Assembly: GCA_045651625.1 (NCBI GenBank)
Contig: JAZRST010000065.1
Coordinates: 15,668-79,667, forward strand
Direction of reading: 5' to 3'
From: Acutalibacteraceae bacterium
GTDB taxonomy: Bacteria; Bacillota; Clostridia; Oscillospirales; Acutalibacteraceae
DNA length: 64,000 nt
Position 1 is the first letter of the stretch, and each line of letters begins with the position of its first letter. Below are positions 27,379 through 35,963 of the stretch, piece by piece. The notes under the pieces are model-generated. The model searched no databases. It was not told where the DNA came from and saw only the letters and a program-made list of their open reading frames with translations. A program made the translations under genes and the position numbers.

Positions 27379-27412
27379 AAAAAAGCCCGTACCAACCTGA
27401 AGGTTAGTACGG
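27379..27412 (-). terminator. Rho-independent terminator immediately after tRNA-Leu
   Basis: Minus strand: CCGTACTAACC-ttca-GGTTGGTACGG, then GCTTTTTT. Confidence 0.6.
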
Positions 27413-27417
27413 ACTTT

Positions 27418-27501
27418 TGGTGCGGGTGACAGGGGTCGAACCTGCATGCTTTTGGCACAAGAACCTAAATCTTGCGTGTCTGCCAATTCCACCACACCCG
27501 C
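27418..27501 (-). tRNA. tRNA-Leu (anticodon UAG), class II with long variable arm, CCA encoded
   Basis: GCGGGTG acceptor stem pairing with CACCCGC. Anticodon stem CAAGA/TCTTG with loop TTTAGGT. T-arm GCAGG-TTCGACC-CCTGT. 3' ACCA. 84 nt. Confidence 0.9.
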
Positions 27502-27546
27502 GTATATGAAGTAATAAGTAATAGTGAAGAGTGAAGAAGTAAGGAG

Positions 27547-27575
27547 ATTATATATCAAAGCGGAGAAATAAGCAA
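27547..27575 (-). promoter_or_regulatory. Promoter of tRNA-Leu
   Basis: Minus strand: TTGCTT (27570-27575), 17 nt, TATAAT (27547-27552). About 45 nt upstream of the mature 5' end. Confidence 0.45.
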
Positions 27576-27603
27576 GGGGGAAACAGAAATTTGTTCCCCC
27601 TTG
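27573..27603 (-). terminator. Terminator after the GPH symporter gene
   Basis: CAAGGGGGAAACA / TGTTCCCCCTTG hairpin with one bulge, followed on the minus strand by a T-rich run. Confidence 0.5.
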
Positions 27604-27627
27604 AAATTTTGTTATTAAAACCGAAGC

Positions 27628-29052
27628 TTATTCTGCCTTTGCAATTGTCTGTGCGAAAGCATCCTCTTCCTTCTTGCCGATGTTGTAGATAAACTTCATT
27701 GAAAGGAATGCAACAAGTGAGCCTGCTGCAAGGAGAATGAAGTAGAGGGATTTTACCTTGCCTCCGAAATCTGCAGCCTGAACGGCACCTTCACCCTCAA
27801 TGAATCCGATAGCGGAAAGACCGAGAGCAACGACTGCCTGACCGATACCCTGAGCCAGCTTACGGAAGAAGGAGTAAAGAGCATAAAGGGAACCTTCCTC
27901 GCTCTTGCCGGTCTGTCTGTAGGAAACCTCAATACAGTCTGCGATAATAGCCCATACGGAAATCTGGAAGCCTGCATTACCGAGATTAAGCCCCATAAGA
28001 CAAACAACGTAAAGAATCATACCCGTTGAATCGGGAGAAATGGGAAGAACAAGAGAAACGATACCTGAGATTGCGCCTACAAGCATTGCGGAAACAATAA
28101 CGGTCTTCTTGCCGAATTTCTTTGTGAGCTTGCCCATAAATGCCATAAAGATAATCATGGGAGCATAGCTTCCTACCATAGCAAGTCCCATTTTGCCGGT
28201 GTCGTGGAAGAAATACTGGAATACCATATTGTTAAGGGACATTGTGGAGTTGAAAAGAGCAACGGAAGCAACGGAAGCAATTGTAGCACCTATCATCGCA
28301 CGGTTTGTGAAGAAGGACTTTACGGAGGACATAATAGCCTTGAAGCCTACAGCGTTCTGCTCGGAGGTGTGATTTACTCTTTCCTTTACGAGCTTTGTGG
28401 TTGCCCAGAAGGCTAAGAGTGCCACAACGCCGAAAACAAGAGCTACGGGAAGAAGTATGGGGCCCTTGAGAATATCAATCTGTTCACCGAGCTCGTTTGT
28501 TTTGGTGTCATAAACTACCTTGGGAAGAACCATCATAACGATGATACCGGGAAGAGCGGCACCGATGCTTCTGAAGGTGGAAAGGGAAACCTTCTGCTGA
28601 GGGTCATCCGTAATAACGGAATGAAGTGAGCCGTAAGGAACGTTTACCATTGTGTAGGCAATTGACCACAGACAGTATGCGCCGAGGCACCAGATGTATT
28701 TGCCCCATCTTGAGAAATCCTGAACGGGTGCAAAAAGCATAACGTTGAAAATAATAAGAGTGATACCGCCGAGAAGAATCCAGGGCATATACTTACTCTT
28801 TTTGCCGATTCTCTTTGTGTCAACAAGGTTACCGATGACAATATCGTTTATTGCATCAAAGATTTTTGACAGAAGGATTATGATAGCGTATGCGCCTTCT
28901 TCAATGCCGATGTACTGCATGTAGAAAAGCTGCATATAGGTTGATACAAGCTGGAAAGAGAAGTTACAGCCCATATCGCCGAGTGAGTAACCGATTTTGT
29001 CAGCCCAGCCGAAGGGACGGACAGCATTTGCGGGTGCTTTTGATGAACTCAT
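27628..29052 (-). CDS. Glycoside-pentoside-hexuronide (GPH):cation symporter family MFS transporter
   Basis: 474 aa, ~12 TM. N-terminal KIGYSLGDMGCNFSFQLVSTYMQLFY is typical of MelB/GPH transporters. Confidence 0.85.
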   Translation of the reverse strand: MSSSKAPANAVRPFGWADKIGYSLGDMGCNFSFQLVSTYMQLFYMQYIGIEEGAYAIIILLSKIFDAINDIVIGNLVDTKRIGKKSKYMPWILLGGITLIIFNVMLFAPVQDFSRWGKYIWCLGAYCLWSIAYTMVNVPYGSLHSVITDDPQQKVSLSTFRSIGAALPGIIVMMVLPKVVYDTKTNELGEQIDILKGPILLPVALVFGVVALLAFWATTKLVKERVNHTSEQNAVGFKAIMSSVKSFFTNRAMIGATIASVASVALFNSTMSLNNMVFQYFFHDTGKMGLAMVGSYAPMIIFMAFMGKLTKKFGKKTVIVSAMLVGAISGIVSLVLPISPDSTGMILYVVCLMGLNLGNAGFQISVWAIIADCIEVSYRQTGKSEEGSLYALYSFFRKLAQGIGQAVVALGLSAIGFIEGEGAVQAADFGGKVKSLYFILLAAGSLVAFLSMKFIYNIGKKEEDAFAQTIAKAE

Positions 29053-29154
29053 AATTTTGTCATCTCCTGATTGATTTTTTTGCAGAAATACTTCGCAGTT
29101 CTCTGCATATTGATGTTAGTTTATCCGAAAAAAGAAAAAAAGGCAATAGAATAA

Positions 29155-30087
29155 TTAACTCTGAATATATTTTTTTAATTCTTTTTTCAGTCTTCTGTTC
29201 CAGAGAATTTCCCACAAGGGCATTATAAGACCGCCCGAAAGCCTGCAGGAGGCCTCGTTGAGTGCCCCGTAAAAGGTAATTCTGAAATCCGCATCCTCTG
29301 ATAAGGGATAATGCTTTTTGTAGGTTTCATAAAGGTAAAAGCTGTTGCCCCACATATTCATAAGCTGAAAAAGGTCGTATTCACGGTCTGCATAAGTACA
29401 GCCTGCAGGGTCAATGAAGCCGTTGAGCTTCAGCGTTTTCGGGTCTGCCATTACGTTCATTATGTTTATATCTCCGTGAATCAGCACGGACTCGGCATCG
29501 GACCTTGCCTTTTGCCTGTAAAGCTCAGTTGCCTTTTCTAAAAGTGCATAGGTTTTCTTTGAATATTTTCCCTTGTCGCAAAGGTCACGAAGCCCCTGCA
29601 TTTTCGGGATTATATGCTCTTTTTCATAATATTCTGCCCAGCTGTCGTAGGAAGGATTCATAACGGAGCCGAAATTTTCTCCCTTTACGGAATGAATTTC
29701 GAGAAGACAGCCGATTACCTCTTCGGCAAAAGCCCTTTTCTTTGCTTCTGACTTAAAAAGATAAGAGGGGGAGAGGACGTTTGTGCCCTCAATGAAGCTC
29801 ATTCCCATAAGTGCGACACTGCTGTCGGAATACGTAAAATAAATTTCGGGCATTGTGACGGAGGTTTTGTCCGTTATTTCTTTCAGATGAGAAGCTTCAT
29901 TTTCCATCATTCCCTCAATTCTGAAGGCCTTGACCACGATGGTCTTGTGAGAAAGCGTACAGCTGAAGGCTTTTCCGTTGGAGCCGCCGCCGATGAATTT
30001 TATTCCGAGGGTATCTTCTCCCATGAATTCCTTGATTTTTGCGGGAATGATTTCAAGCAGTGCTTTATTGTCGATTGTCAGTGCCAT
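29155..30087 (-). CDS. Aminoglycoside-phosphotransferase-fold (APH/fructosamine-kinase-like) small-molecule kinase
   Basis: 310 aa. GGGSNGKAF P-loop-like segment, catalytic LIHGDINIMNV, and FIDPAG...ADREYDL. Confidence 0.7.
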   Translation of the reverse strand: MALTIDNKALLEIIPAKIKEFMGEDTLGIKFIGGGSNGKAFSCTLSHKTIVVKAFRIEGMMENEASHLKEITDKTSVTMPEIYFTYSDSSVALMGMSFIEGTNVLSPSYLFKSEAKKRAFAEEVIGCLLEIHSVKGENFGSVMNPSYDSWAEYYEKEHIIPKMQGLRDLCDKGKYSKKTYALLEKATELYRQKARSDAESVLIHGDINIMNVMADPKTLKLNGFIDPAGCTYADREYDLFQLMNMWGNSFYLYETYKKHYPLSEDADFRITFYGALNEASCRLSGGLIMPLWEILWNRRLKKELKKYIQS

Positions 30088-30097
30088 AACAGCCTCC

Positions 30098-30823
30098 TTA
30101 CGGAATTATTATGTGGTTTCTGCCTGTTTCAAGAAGGTAATCTCCGCTTCTGAGTATATCTGCAATGTCAAAGGATTCCTCGGGGAGTGTTTTTGAAAGT
30201 ATAGCCGAAACACCCTCGTGCTTTCTGTTTACGTGATGGAAATCTGAGCCTGCCGTTACGATTGAATAGTTGTTTTCCATAGCATAAACTGCGGCAAGAC
30301 CGATTTTTGAGTTGTGATTGGGATGAAGATTGAAAACCTCAATACCGTCAAGAATTGCAGGGTCAACTCTTTCCATACCCTGACGGAAGGGATGTGCCTG
30401 AAGAAATACGCTGTCGGGCATACTGTAAACCCTTCTGAAATTTTCAACGCCTAAGGGGAGAAGGTCGTATATCTCCTCCATCATTTTTTTTGTGACACCG
30501 TATATAAGGTAGTCGTTATCATTTTCCGTAAAGCGGATTTCCGCCGCAAGAATTACCTTTATTCCCAGCTCCTCGCCCTTTTTACGGGCATTCTCGAAAT
30601 CTCCGAAGAAGCGGTCGATAACCGTCTGCTTGTCACTGTCCTGATAGCAGAAGGAAAAATGATTTGCTATAGTCACGGCATCATAGCCGAGATTTTTATA
30701 AATTTCAACAACGTCCCCGGGAGCAACCTCCGAGCAGGAGCTTGCAGGTGAGGTGTGAGCGTGAAGCTCCGTGCGGTAGCAGTATTCCTTCAGTAATTCA
30801 TTTTTAAGTGCCTTGATATCCAT
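30098..30823 (-). CDS. PHP-domain metal-dependent phosphoesterase
   Basis: 241 aa. TELHAHTSPASSCS N-terminal His motif and SDFHH near the C-terminus. Confidence 0.72.
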   Translation of the reverse strand: MDIKALKNELLKEYCYRTELHAHTSPASSCSEVAPGDVVEIYKNLGYDAVTIANHFSFCYQDSDKQTVIDRFFGDFENARKKGEELGIKVILAAEIRFTENDNDYLIYGVTKKMMEEIYDLLPLGVENFRRVYSMPDSVFLQAHPFRQGMERVDPAILDGIEVFNLHPNHNSKIGLAAVYAMENNYSIVTAGSDFHHVNRKHEGVSAILSKTLPEESFDIADILRSGDYLLETGRNHIIIP

Positions 30824-30851
30824 GTTTTCTCATCTCTCTGTTTTTATTGTT

Positions 30852-31853
30852 TTATGCCATTGTTTCAAGCATTTCAATTGTTACTTCATAATCGGTTTTT
30901 TCGCCTGCGATGAATTTTTGGAATTCATCAAGCTGATATTCACCCATTCTCTTTACCTCGTCACCGTAGCTTCCTGCAATATGGGGAGTGAGTATGCAGT
31001 TGGAAAGTCCGTAGAAGGGATGTCCCTTTTCGGGCGGCTCGGGGCAGGTTACGTCAAGAATTGCGGTAATATCCTCTCTTTCGGAAAGGACCTCGCAAAG
31101 CTCTTCTTCAACAACCTGAGCGCCTCTTCCCGTATTTATAAAGGTTGCATACTGCCTCATTGACGAAAAATGCTCTTTTTTCAGGATGCCCTTGGTCTGC
31201 CCGTTGTTTGCAAGGTGATTTGAAACAACAAAGCAGGTGCTGAAAATTTCACTGAGGGAGCATTTCGTAACACCGAGAGCCTCTGCTTTTTCATCGCTTA
31301 AAAACGGGTCGAAAACCTTCACGGAAATTCTGTATGCCTTCAGCATTCCGGCAACAAGTGAGCCTATCATTCCGGCTCCGATTATTCCCACTGCCTCGCC
31401 GAAGGTGCCGGGATAGCACTCCTTGAGTGCAGTTGCCGTCTGTAATTCTCCCGAGCTCTGATAGCGTGACAGTGCGAAAAAGCCCTTGTTGGCAAGAATA
31501 ATCTGTGCAACGGTATATTCCGCAACGGGCACTGCGTTTGCAGCCCATGATGAAAATACCTTTACACCGCAGTTGAGAAAGGGGCGTGCAAAAAACTGCA
31601 CTGAGCCTGCGCCGTAAAATACGCATTTGAGGGCAGGGAAGAGGTCTTTTATTTCCTCTTCCGTAAACACGGGCATTCCCCAGGTTGAAAAAATGAATTC
31701 CGTGTCGGAAAAGCTCTCCTTGTTTTCAAAAACCTCATCACGGGAATAAACCTCATCCGTAATACCCGTAAGGCAGGAAAGTCTTTCCCTTGTGTTTTTA
31801 TCGTAAATTCTTAAGGGATTATTTTTTTCGTTGCACAAAAATACAGCCTTCAT
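30852..31853 (-). CDS. D-isomer-specific 2-hydroxyacid dehydrogenase family protein
   Basis: 333 aa. GIIGAGMIGSLV NAD-binding motif, NTGRGA, TPHIAGS. Confidence 0.8.
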   Translation of the reverse strand: MKAVFLCNEKNNPLRIYDKNTRERLSCLTGITDEVYSRDEVFENKESFSDTEFIFSTWGMPVFTEEEIKDLFPALKCVFYGAGSVQFFARPFLNCGVKVFSSWAANAVPVAEYTVAQIILANKGFFALSRYQSSGELQTATALKECYPGTFGEAVGIIGAGMIGSLVAGMLKAYRISVKVFDPFLSDEKAEALGVTKCSLSEIFSTCFVVSNHLANNGQTKGILKKEHFSSMRQYATFINTGRGAQVVEEELCEVLSEREDITAILDVTCPEPPEKGHPFYGLSNCILTPHIAGSYGDEVKRMGEYQLDEFQKFIAGEKTDYEVTIEMLETMA

Positions 31854-31892
31854 CTTCTGAGCCTCCTTCAGGCTTCGGTTTCTTTCCGCTTA

Positions 31893-33761
31893 TTAATATA
31901 TGTTTTTATTTTCTCTGTAGGCGCGCCAAACGTTTTCGAAAAATCCGTCGTTTTCGGGGATCGGGCGCACGCTTCGCCAGCTGACTGTGAATTCACCGTT
32001 TTTATAGTGAACGGTCTGAATTCTGTTCTTGGGGTCAGAGGGAACCTTTTCTGTGTCAGCGTTTACGTACACTGCACTGCCTCTTGTGAAGGACGTTTCT
32101 TTCCAATAATCATCAATTGCCGTAAGGACTGCGCAGGAGGTAAGAAGAGCGTCGTAATACTTGTATGCATCAACGAGCCCATCTGTATCCTTTGCGGTAA
32201 CGAGGAATGGGAAGCTGTCCGCATCCCTTTTTCTTCTTACAGTCAGCTCTTTTATAGCTTTTATATCTCTTACAGCCGCGGCGGCTTCACTCATATTTGC
32301 TCTTACCCCCGAAAGGAGAGTGAAGGCAGTGTTTTCGTTTCCTTTGATTTTTTCTTTGAGTGTCTTGTGGTACCCGAGCACTTTTTCTGCAAGTGCTGAA
32401 AAGCCTTCAGCATCCGGGAGCTCTTCTTTTTTCTGCGAAATGAACTGTGCCGCACGAAGAGAGCCGGTCTGTCCTGCATTGAGTGCCGAGCCTCCGGGAC
32501 GAGCCGCACCGTGTGTGCCTGCACATTCCCCAACAGCAAAAAGTCCCGTAACCGACGTCTGCCACCATAAATCAACGGCAATACCGCCGTTATTGTGCTG
32601 AGCGCAAAGTGCGATTTCAAGCATTTCCTTCGTCAAATCAACACCCTTGCCGAGATACAGCTGTACGGCAGGGAGATTCATTTTGCTGAGTCTTTCTATG
32701 GGTGTGCCGAAAAGAGCATCCGCATTTTTAAGGTAGTCGTATGCCTCCTCCGACAGCTTTTCATATTCTATTTTTTCGAGACCGAAGGGATTTTTCGTGT
32801 AATCAAGAAAAACCCGTCTGTCCTTGCTTACACATTCGTTGTAAACCGCAAGGTCAATCCGTGAAGAGCCATTTTCGGCTTTCTTGGAGTCAAAGGGCCA
32901 CTGATAGCCCTTTAAGAAAACACAGGAGAGGGCTTCGTGGATATCAGTGAAATAATCTGCTAAAAATTCACGCTCAGTACCGTTTTCGTCAACTGAAACA
33001 AAACGGGGAAGCACCTGCATATATGTGCCCGAAACATTCCATTTCGGCTTTACGCTTGCAAGACCGTACTGCCACTCGGTCATATTCTGTAAGTCGGCAC
33101 CTGCTCTGATTGCAAGTCCCGTGCTGCCCGTGTGGCCGTCGGGATAAACGGTATCCGCATATATCCCTGCAGGACCGCCCGTCGCAAGAATTACGTTATT
33201 GCAGGAAAAAGTTCTGTATTCACCGCTTGTCTTATCAAGACACAGCAGTCCTCTGACAGTGTTGTTATCCGTAATGATTTCCGTTGCAAGAAGCCCGTCA
33301 AAAACGGGCACTCCGAGCTTTTCAGCCTGCCTTTCAAGAGCCTCGGTCATAAATTTTGACGTAAGAGGTCCTGCAGACGTAGCACGCATATAAGGGTCGT
33401 GGTCTGTTTTATAGCCTACGTATTCTCCGTAACGGTTTACGGGAAAGGGAACTCCGAGAGAGCAGAGGTTATAGAAGCATTTTGAAGAAAGTGCGGCTTC
33501 AACAAGGGCGTTGTCTCCGTCAACAGAGCCGCCCGAAAACAGATTTTCCGCCATTTTTCTGACGGAATCGGGAGTGTCTCCCGAAAGTGACAGCTTGTAG
33601 TAGGTCTGCTTGTCACTGCCCGTGTTTCTTGATGTTCCCGCGCTTATTCCCTCCGTGACAATGCACACGCTTTTGTCACAGAGCTTTTTTATTTCACAAG
33701 CGGCGTTGTAGCCTGCCGCACCCGTACCGATTACAACGGTATCAAAATAAAGATATTCCAT
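31893..33761 (-). CDS. FAD-binding oxidoreductase of the fumarate reductase / succinate dehydrogenase / aspartate oxidase flavoprotein superfamily
   Basis: 622 aa. DTVVIGTGAAGYNAA dinucleotide fold, GLFAVGECAGTHGAARPGGSALNAGQ. Confidence 0.75.
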   Translation of the reverse strand: MEYLYFDTVVIGTGAAGYNAACEIKKLCDKSVCIVTEGISAGTSRNTGSDKQTYYKLSLSGDTPDSVRKMAENLFSGGSVDGDNALVEAALSSKCFYNLCSLGVPFPVNRYGEYVGYKTDHDPYMRATSAGPLTSKFMTEALERQAEKLGVPVFDGLLATEIITDNNTVRGLLCLDKTSGEYRTFSCNNVILATGGPAGIYADTVYPDGHTGSTGLAIRAGADLQNMTEWQYGLASVKPKWNVSGTYMQVLPRFVSVDENGTEREFLADYFTDIHEALSCVFLKGYQWPFDSKKAENGSSRIDLAVYNECVSKDRRVFLDYTKNPFGLEKIEYEKLSEEAYDYLKNADALFGTPIERLSKMNLPAVQLYLGKGVDLTKEMLEIALCAQHNNGGIAVDLWWQTSVTGLFAVGECAGTHGAARPGGSALNAGQTGSLRAAQFISQKKEELPDAEGFSALAEKVLGYHKTLKEKIKGNENTAFTLLSGVRANMSEAAAAVRDIKAIKELTVRRKRDADSFPFLVTAKDTDGLVDAYKYYDALLTSCAVLTAIDDYWKETSFTRGSAVYVNADTEKVPSDPKNRIQTVHYKNGEFTVSWRSVRPIPENDGFFENVWRAYRENKNIY

Positions 33762-33764
33762 AAA

Positions 33765-34502
33765 TTATAACCTTCTTATGTGAAAACCGCCGTCAACGTC
33801 AATTGACTGACCCGTAACGTAGGGGAGCGCACCGTTTATAAGTGCAAAAACAGCCCTTGCAACGTCCTCGGGTGTACCCCATCTCTTCAGGGGCAGAAGT
33901 CCGTTTTCAATAAGCGTATCGTATTTTTCTTTTACCTTGCTTGTCATATCCGTAGCAATAATGCCGGGACGTACCTCGTTTACGGGAATACCGAATTCGG
34001 CAAGTCTGTCGGCAAAGAGCTTCGTTATCATTGAAACTCCTGCCTTGGAAATGCAGTATTCGCCGCGTGAAACAGAGCTTGTGTATGCTGAAAGAGAGGA
34101 AATGTTGACGATTGCGCCCTTTTCGTCCCCTTCGTTTTTTATCATTTCGTTGGCAACGTCACGGGTAAGGAAAAGCATTGCCTTGGTGTTTATGTTCATT
34201 ACTCTGTCGTAGCTTTCCTCTGTCATTTCGAGGATATCTGCGCGGACCTTTGGTGCTACGCCTGCTACGTTTACAAGAAAATCGATTCTTCCCGTAACCG
34301 TAAGGGCAGTGTCAACAAGCCTTTTTCTGTCATCGTGGGAGGAGACGTCGCCCTGCACGTAAATAAAATTTCTGTCAGGAGCATTTTCAACATTTTCTCT
34401 CGTGCCCATGCCGACAACTGTTATTCCGTTTTCAGTAAAAAGCCTTGCTGTGGCAAGCCCTATGCCTGCTGAAACACCTGATATAATTGCAACCTTATTC
34501 AC
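33765..34502 (-). CDS. Short-chain dehydrogenase/reductase (SDR)
   Basis: I prefer the GTG at 34500-34502 (VNKVAIISGVSAGIG), which has GGAGGTG 7 nt upstream. This removes the 47-nt overlap implied by the longer ORF 33765..34541. Y-x3-K: YCISKAG. Confidence 0.82.
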   Translation of the reverse strand: MNKVAIISGVSAGIGLATARLFTENGITVVGMGTRENVENAPDRNFIYVQGDVSSHDDRKRLVDTALTVTGRIDFLVNVAGVAPKVRADILEMTEESYDRVMNINTKAMLFLTRDVANEMIKNEGDEKGAIVNISSLSAYTSSVSRGEYCISKAGVSMITKLFADRLAEFGIPVNEVRPGIIATDMTSKVKEKYDTLIENGLLPLKRWGTPEDVARAVFALINGALPYVTGQSIDVDGGFHIRRL

Positions 34503-35826
34503 TGTCTGCACCTCCGCACTGCTTCTTGTATATGGGAGCATAAACCTCTTTATCTCTTATGACACAACCGGGTGTGCCGCCGGGAGTACGCATTATTTCC
34601 GTGCATTTTCCGCAGCAGATACAGATTTTATTCTTGTCCGCCGCACCCTTTGTGAGAATATCTCTTGCAAAATCGGGATAAGCAAAAATTGTTCTTCCGA
34701 AGCCTGCTATATCAAAGCCGCCCTGCTCAATAAATGCTGCAGCAACGTAAGGGGCCGCCGCACCGAGATAGGAAAGAGCAGAGGAGATAATCTTCATATC
34801 GGGTACTGCATATTTGATTTCTGCAATTCCCTTCAGCATTCTTGCAACGCCCTCAAGGGGATGCTCGGGATGTACGTAGCCGCCCTTTGCAAAGGGACGG
34901 TTAACGTGGGGATTGAAGTAAGGATTGCCCATAGTTATGTTTATAAGACGTACACCGTAGGAGTAAAGCATTTCTATGAGCTTTACGGGCTCTGCCGGGT
35001 CAACGTCAATATCAGCACCCTCTCTTACACCGAAGCCGTAGGGGTAGGGGAAGCCGTCGTAAACGTTCATTCGGGTGGATACGATAAAGTCCTTTCCCGT
35101 AACCTCCATAGCACCGAGAATGCCTTCTCTTAAAAGTCTCGTTCTGTTTTCGAAGGAGCCGCCGTATCTGCCTTCTCTTTCGTATGCGGAAAGAAGCTCA
35201 CAGTTGAGATATCTGTGGCAGGCCTTTATATCAACACCGTCGAAGCCTGCCTTTTCTGCAAGGCGTGAAGCATCAATAAGCGCCTCCTTTACGCGGTCGA
35301 TATATTCGTCCGTTACGATTCTGTCAGGGGAAATGGGATTGTCCTTTTCAAATATGGGGTTGTTGTATGCAATAAGGGGAGCGGGTACACCCTCGGGCTT
35401 TGAATATCTGCCCGAATGAGTAGCCTGCATAATGACCACGGGCTCATAGCCGTTTTCTTTAAGTGCTGTTTCCTTGATTCTTTCAACCTGACGGGCAAAT
35501 TCCCCCACGTTGTCTTCATTTATGCAAAGCTGACGGGGATTTGCCTTTCCCTCGGGAAGCACGGCAGTGGCTTCATACCATATAAGTCCTGCGCCGCCCC
35601 TGGCGAAGCGGTCGTATCTTCTGAGTGTCAGCTCTCCGGGGGTGCCGTCGGCATTGCCGTCACAGCCCTCCATTGCCTGACAAGCAAGGCGGTTGGAAAC
35701 AGTGTGTGTGCCGATGCTCAGTGATTTCCCGAGAATTTCTGTGTTATCGGAATAGGGAAGCTCTGTCTCAAGCTCCTTATTCTGTAAAATGAAATCATCA
35801 AGTGAATTGTAAACCTTTCGGATCAT
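34495..35826 (-). CDS. Old-yellow-enzyme-family NADH:flavin oxidoreductase with a C-terminal 4Fe-4S Cys motif but no C-terminal FAD/NAD(P) domain
   Basis: 443 aa. OYE TIM-barrel motifs (AMEGCDG, HSGRY, GFDGVDIKACHRYL). The C-terminal CICCGKC followed by a further Cys 12 residues on fits CxxCxxC...C. Confidence 0.78.
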   Translation of the reverse strand: MIRKVYNSLDDFILQNKELETELPYSDNTEILGKSLSIGTHTVSNRLACQAMEGCDGNADGTPGELTLRRYDRFARGGAGLIWYEATAVLPEGKANPRQLCINEDNVGEFARQVERIKETALKENGYEPVVIMQATHSGRYSKPEGVPAPLIAYNNPIFEKDNPISPDRIVTDEYIDRVKEALIDASRLAEKAGFDGVDIKACHRYLNCELLSAYEREGRYGGSFENRTRLLREGILGAMEVTGKDFIVSTRMNVYDGFPYPYGFGVREGADIDVDPAEPVKLIEMLYSYGVRLINITMGNPYFNPHVNRPFAKGGYVHPEHPLEGVARMLKGIAEIKYAVPDMKIISSALSYLGAAAPYVAAAFIEQGGFDIAGFGRTIFAYPDFARDILTKGAADKNKICICCGKCTEIMRTPGGTPGCVIRDKEVYAPIYKKQCGGADSE

Positions 35827-35908
35827 AATGCTCTCCCCAAAAAATAGTCTTTCTTATATAATAATATTTTTTGTAATAATAATCAACATTATAATTGAAA
35901 AATGCGCA

Positions 35909-35937
35909 AAAAAAGGACAGCAGAAATCTGCTGTCCG
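35909..35937 (-). terminator. Rho-independent terminator after the 717-aa dockerin protein gene
   Basis: GGACAGCAG-aaat-CTGCTGTCC, followed on the minus strand by T7. Confidence 0.65.
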
Positions 35938-35963
35938 GAGAATTATTCAGTTATAATTTTTAA

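Noticed and set aside
27096-27558. ORFs 27096..27302 (-) and 27346..27558 (-) from the six-frame track.
   Set aside because: They run through the tRNA-Leu gene, its terminator and the GC-rich repeat segment. They have no RBS and their sequences are low-complexity Arg/Pro-rich or hydrophobic nonsense. They are treated as non-coding.
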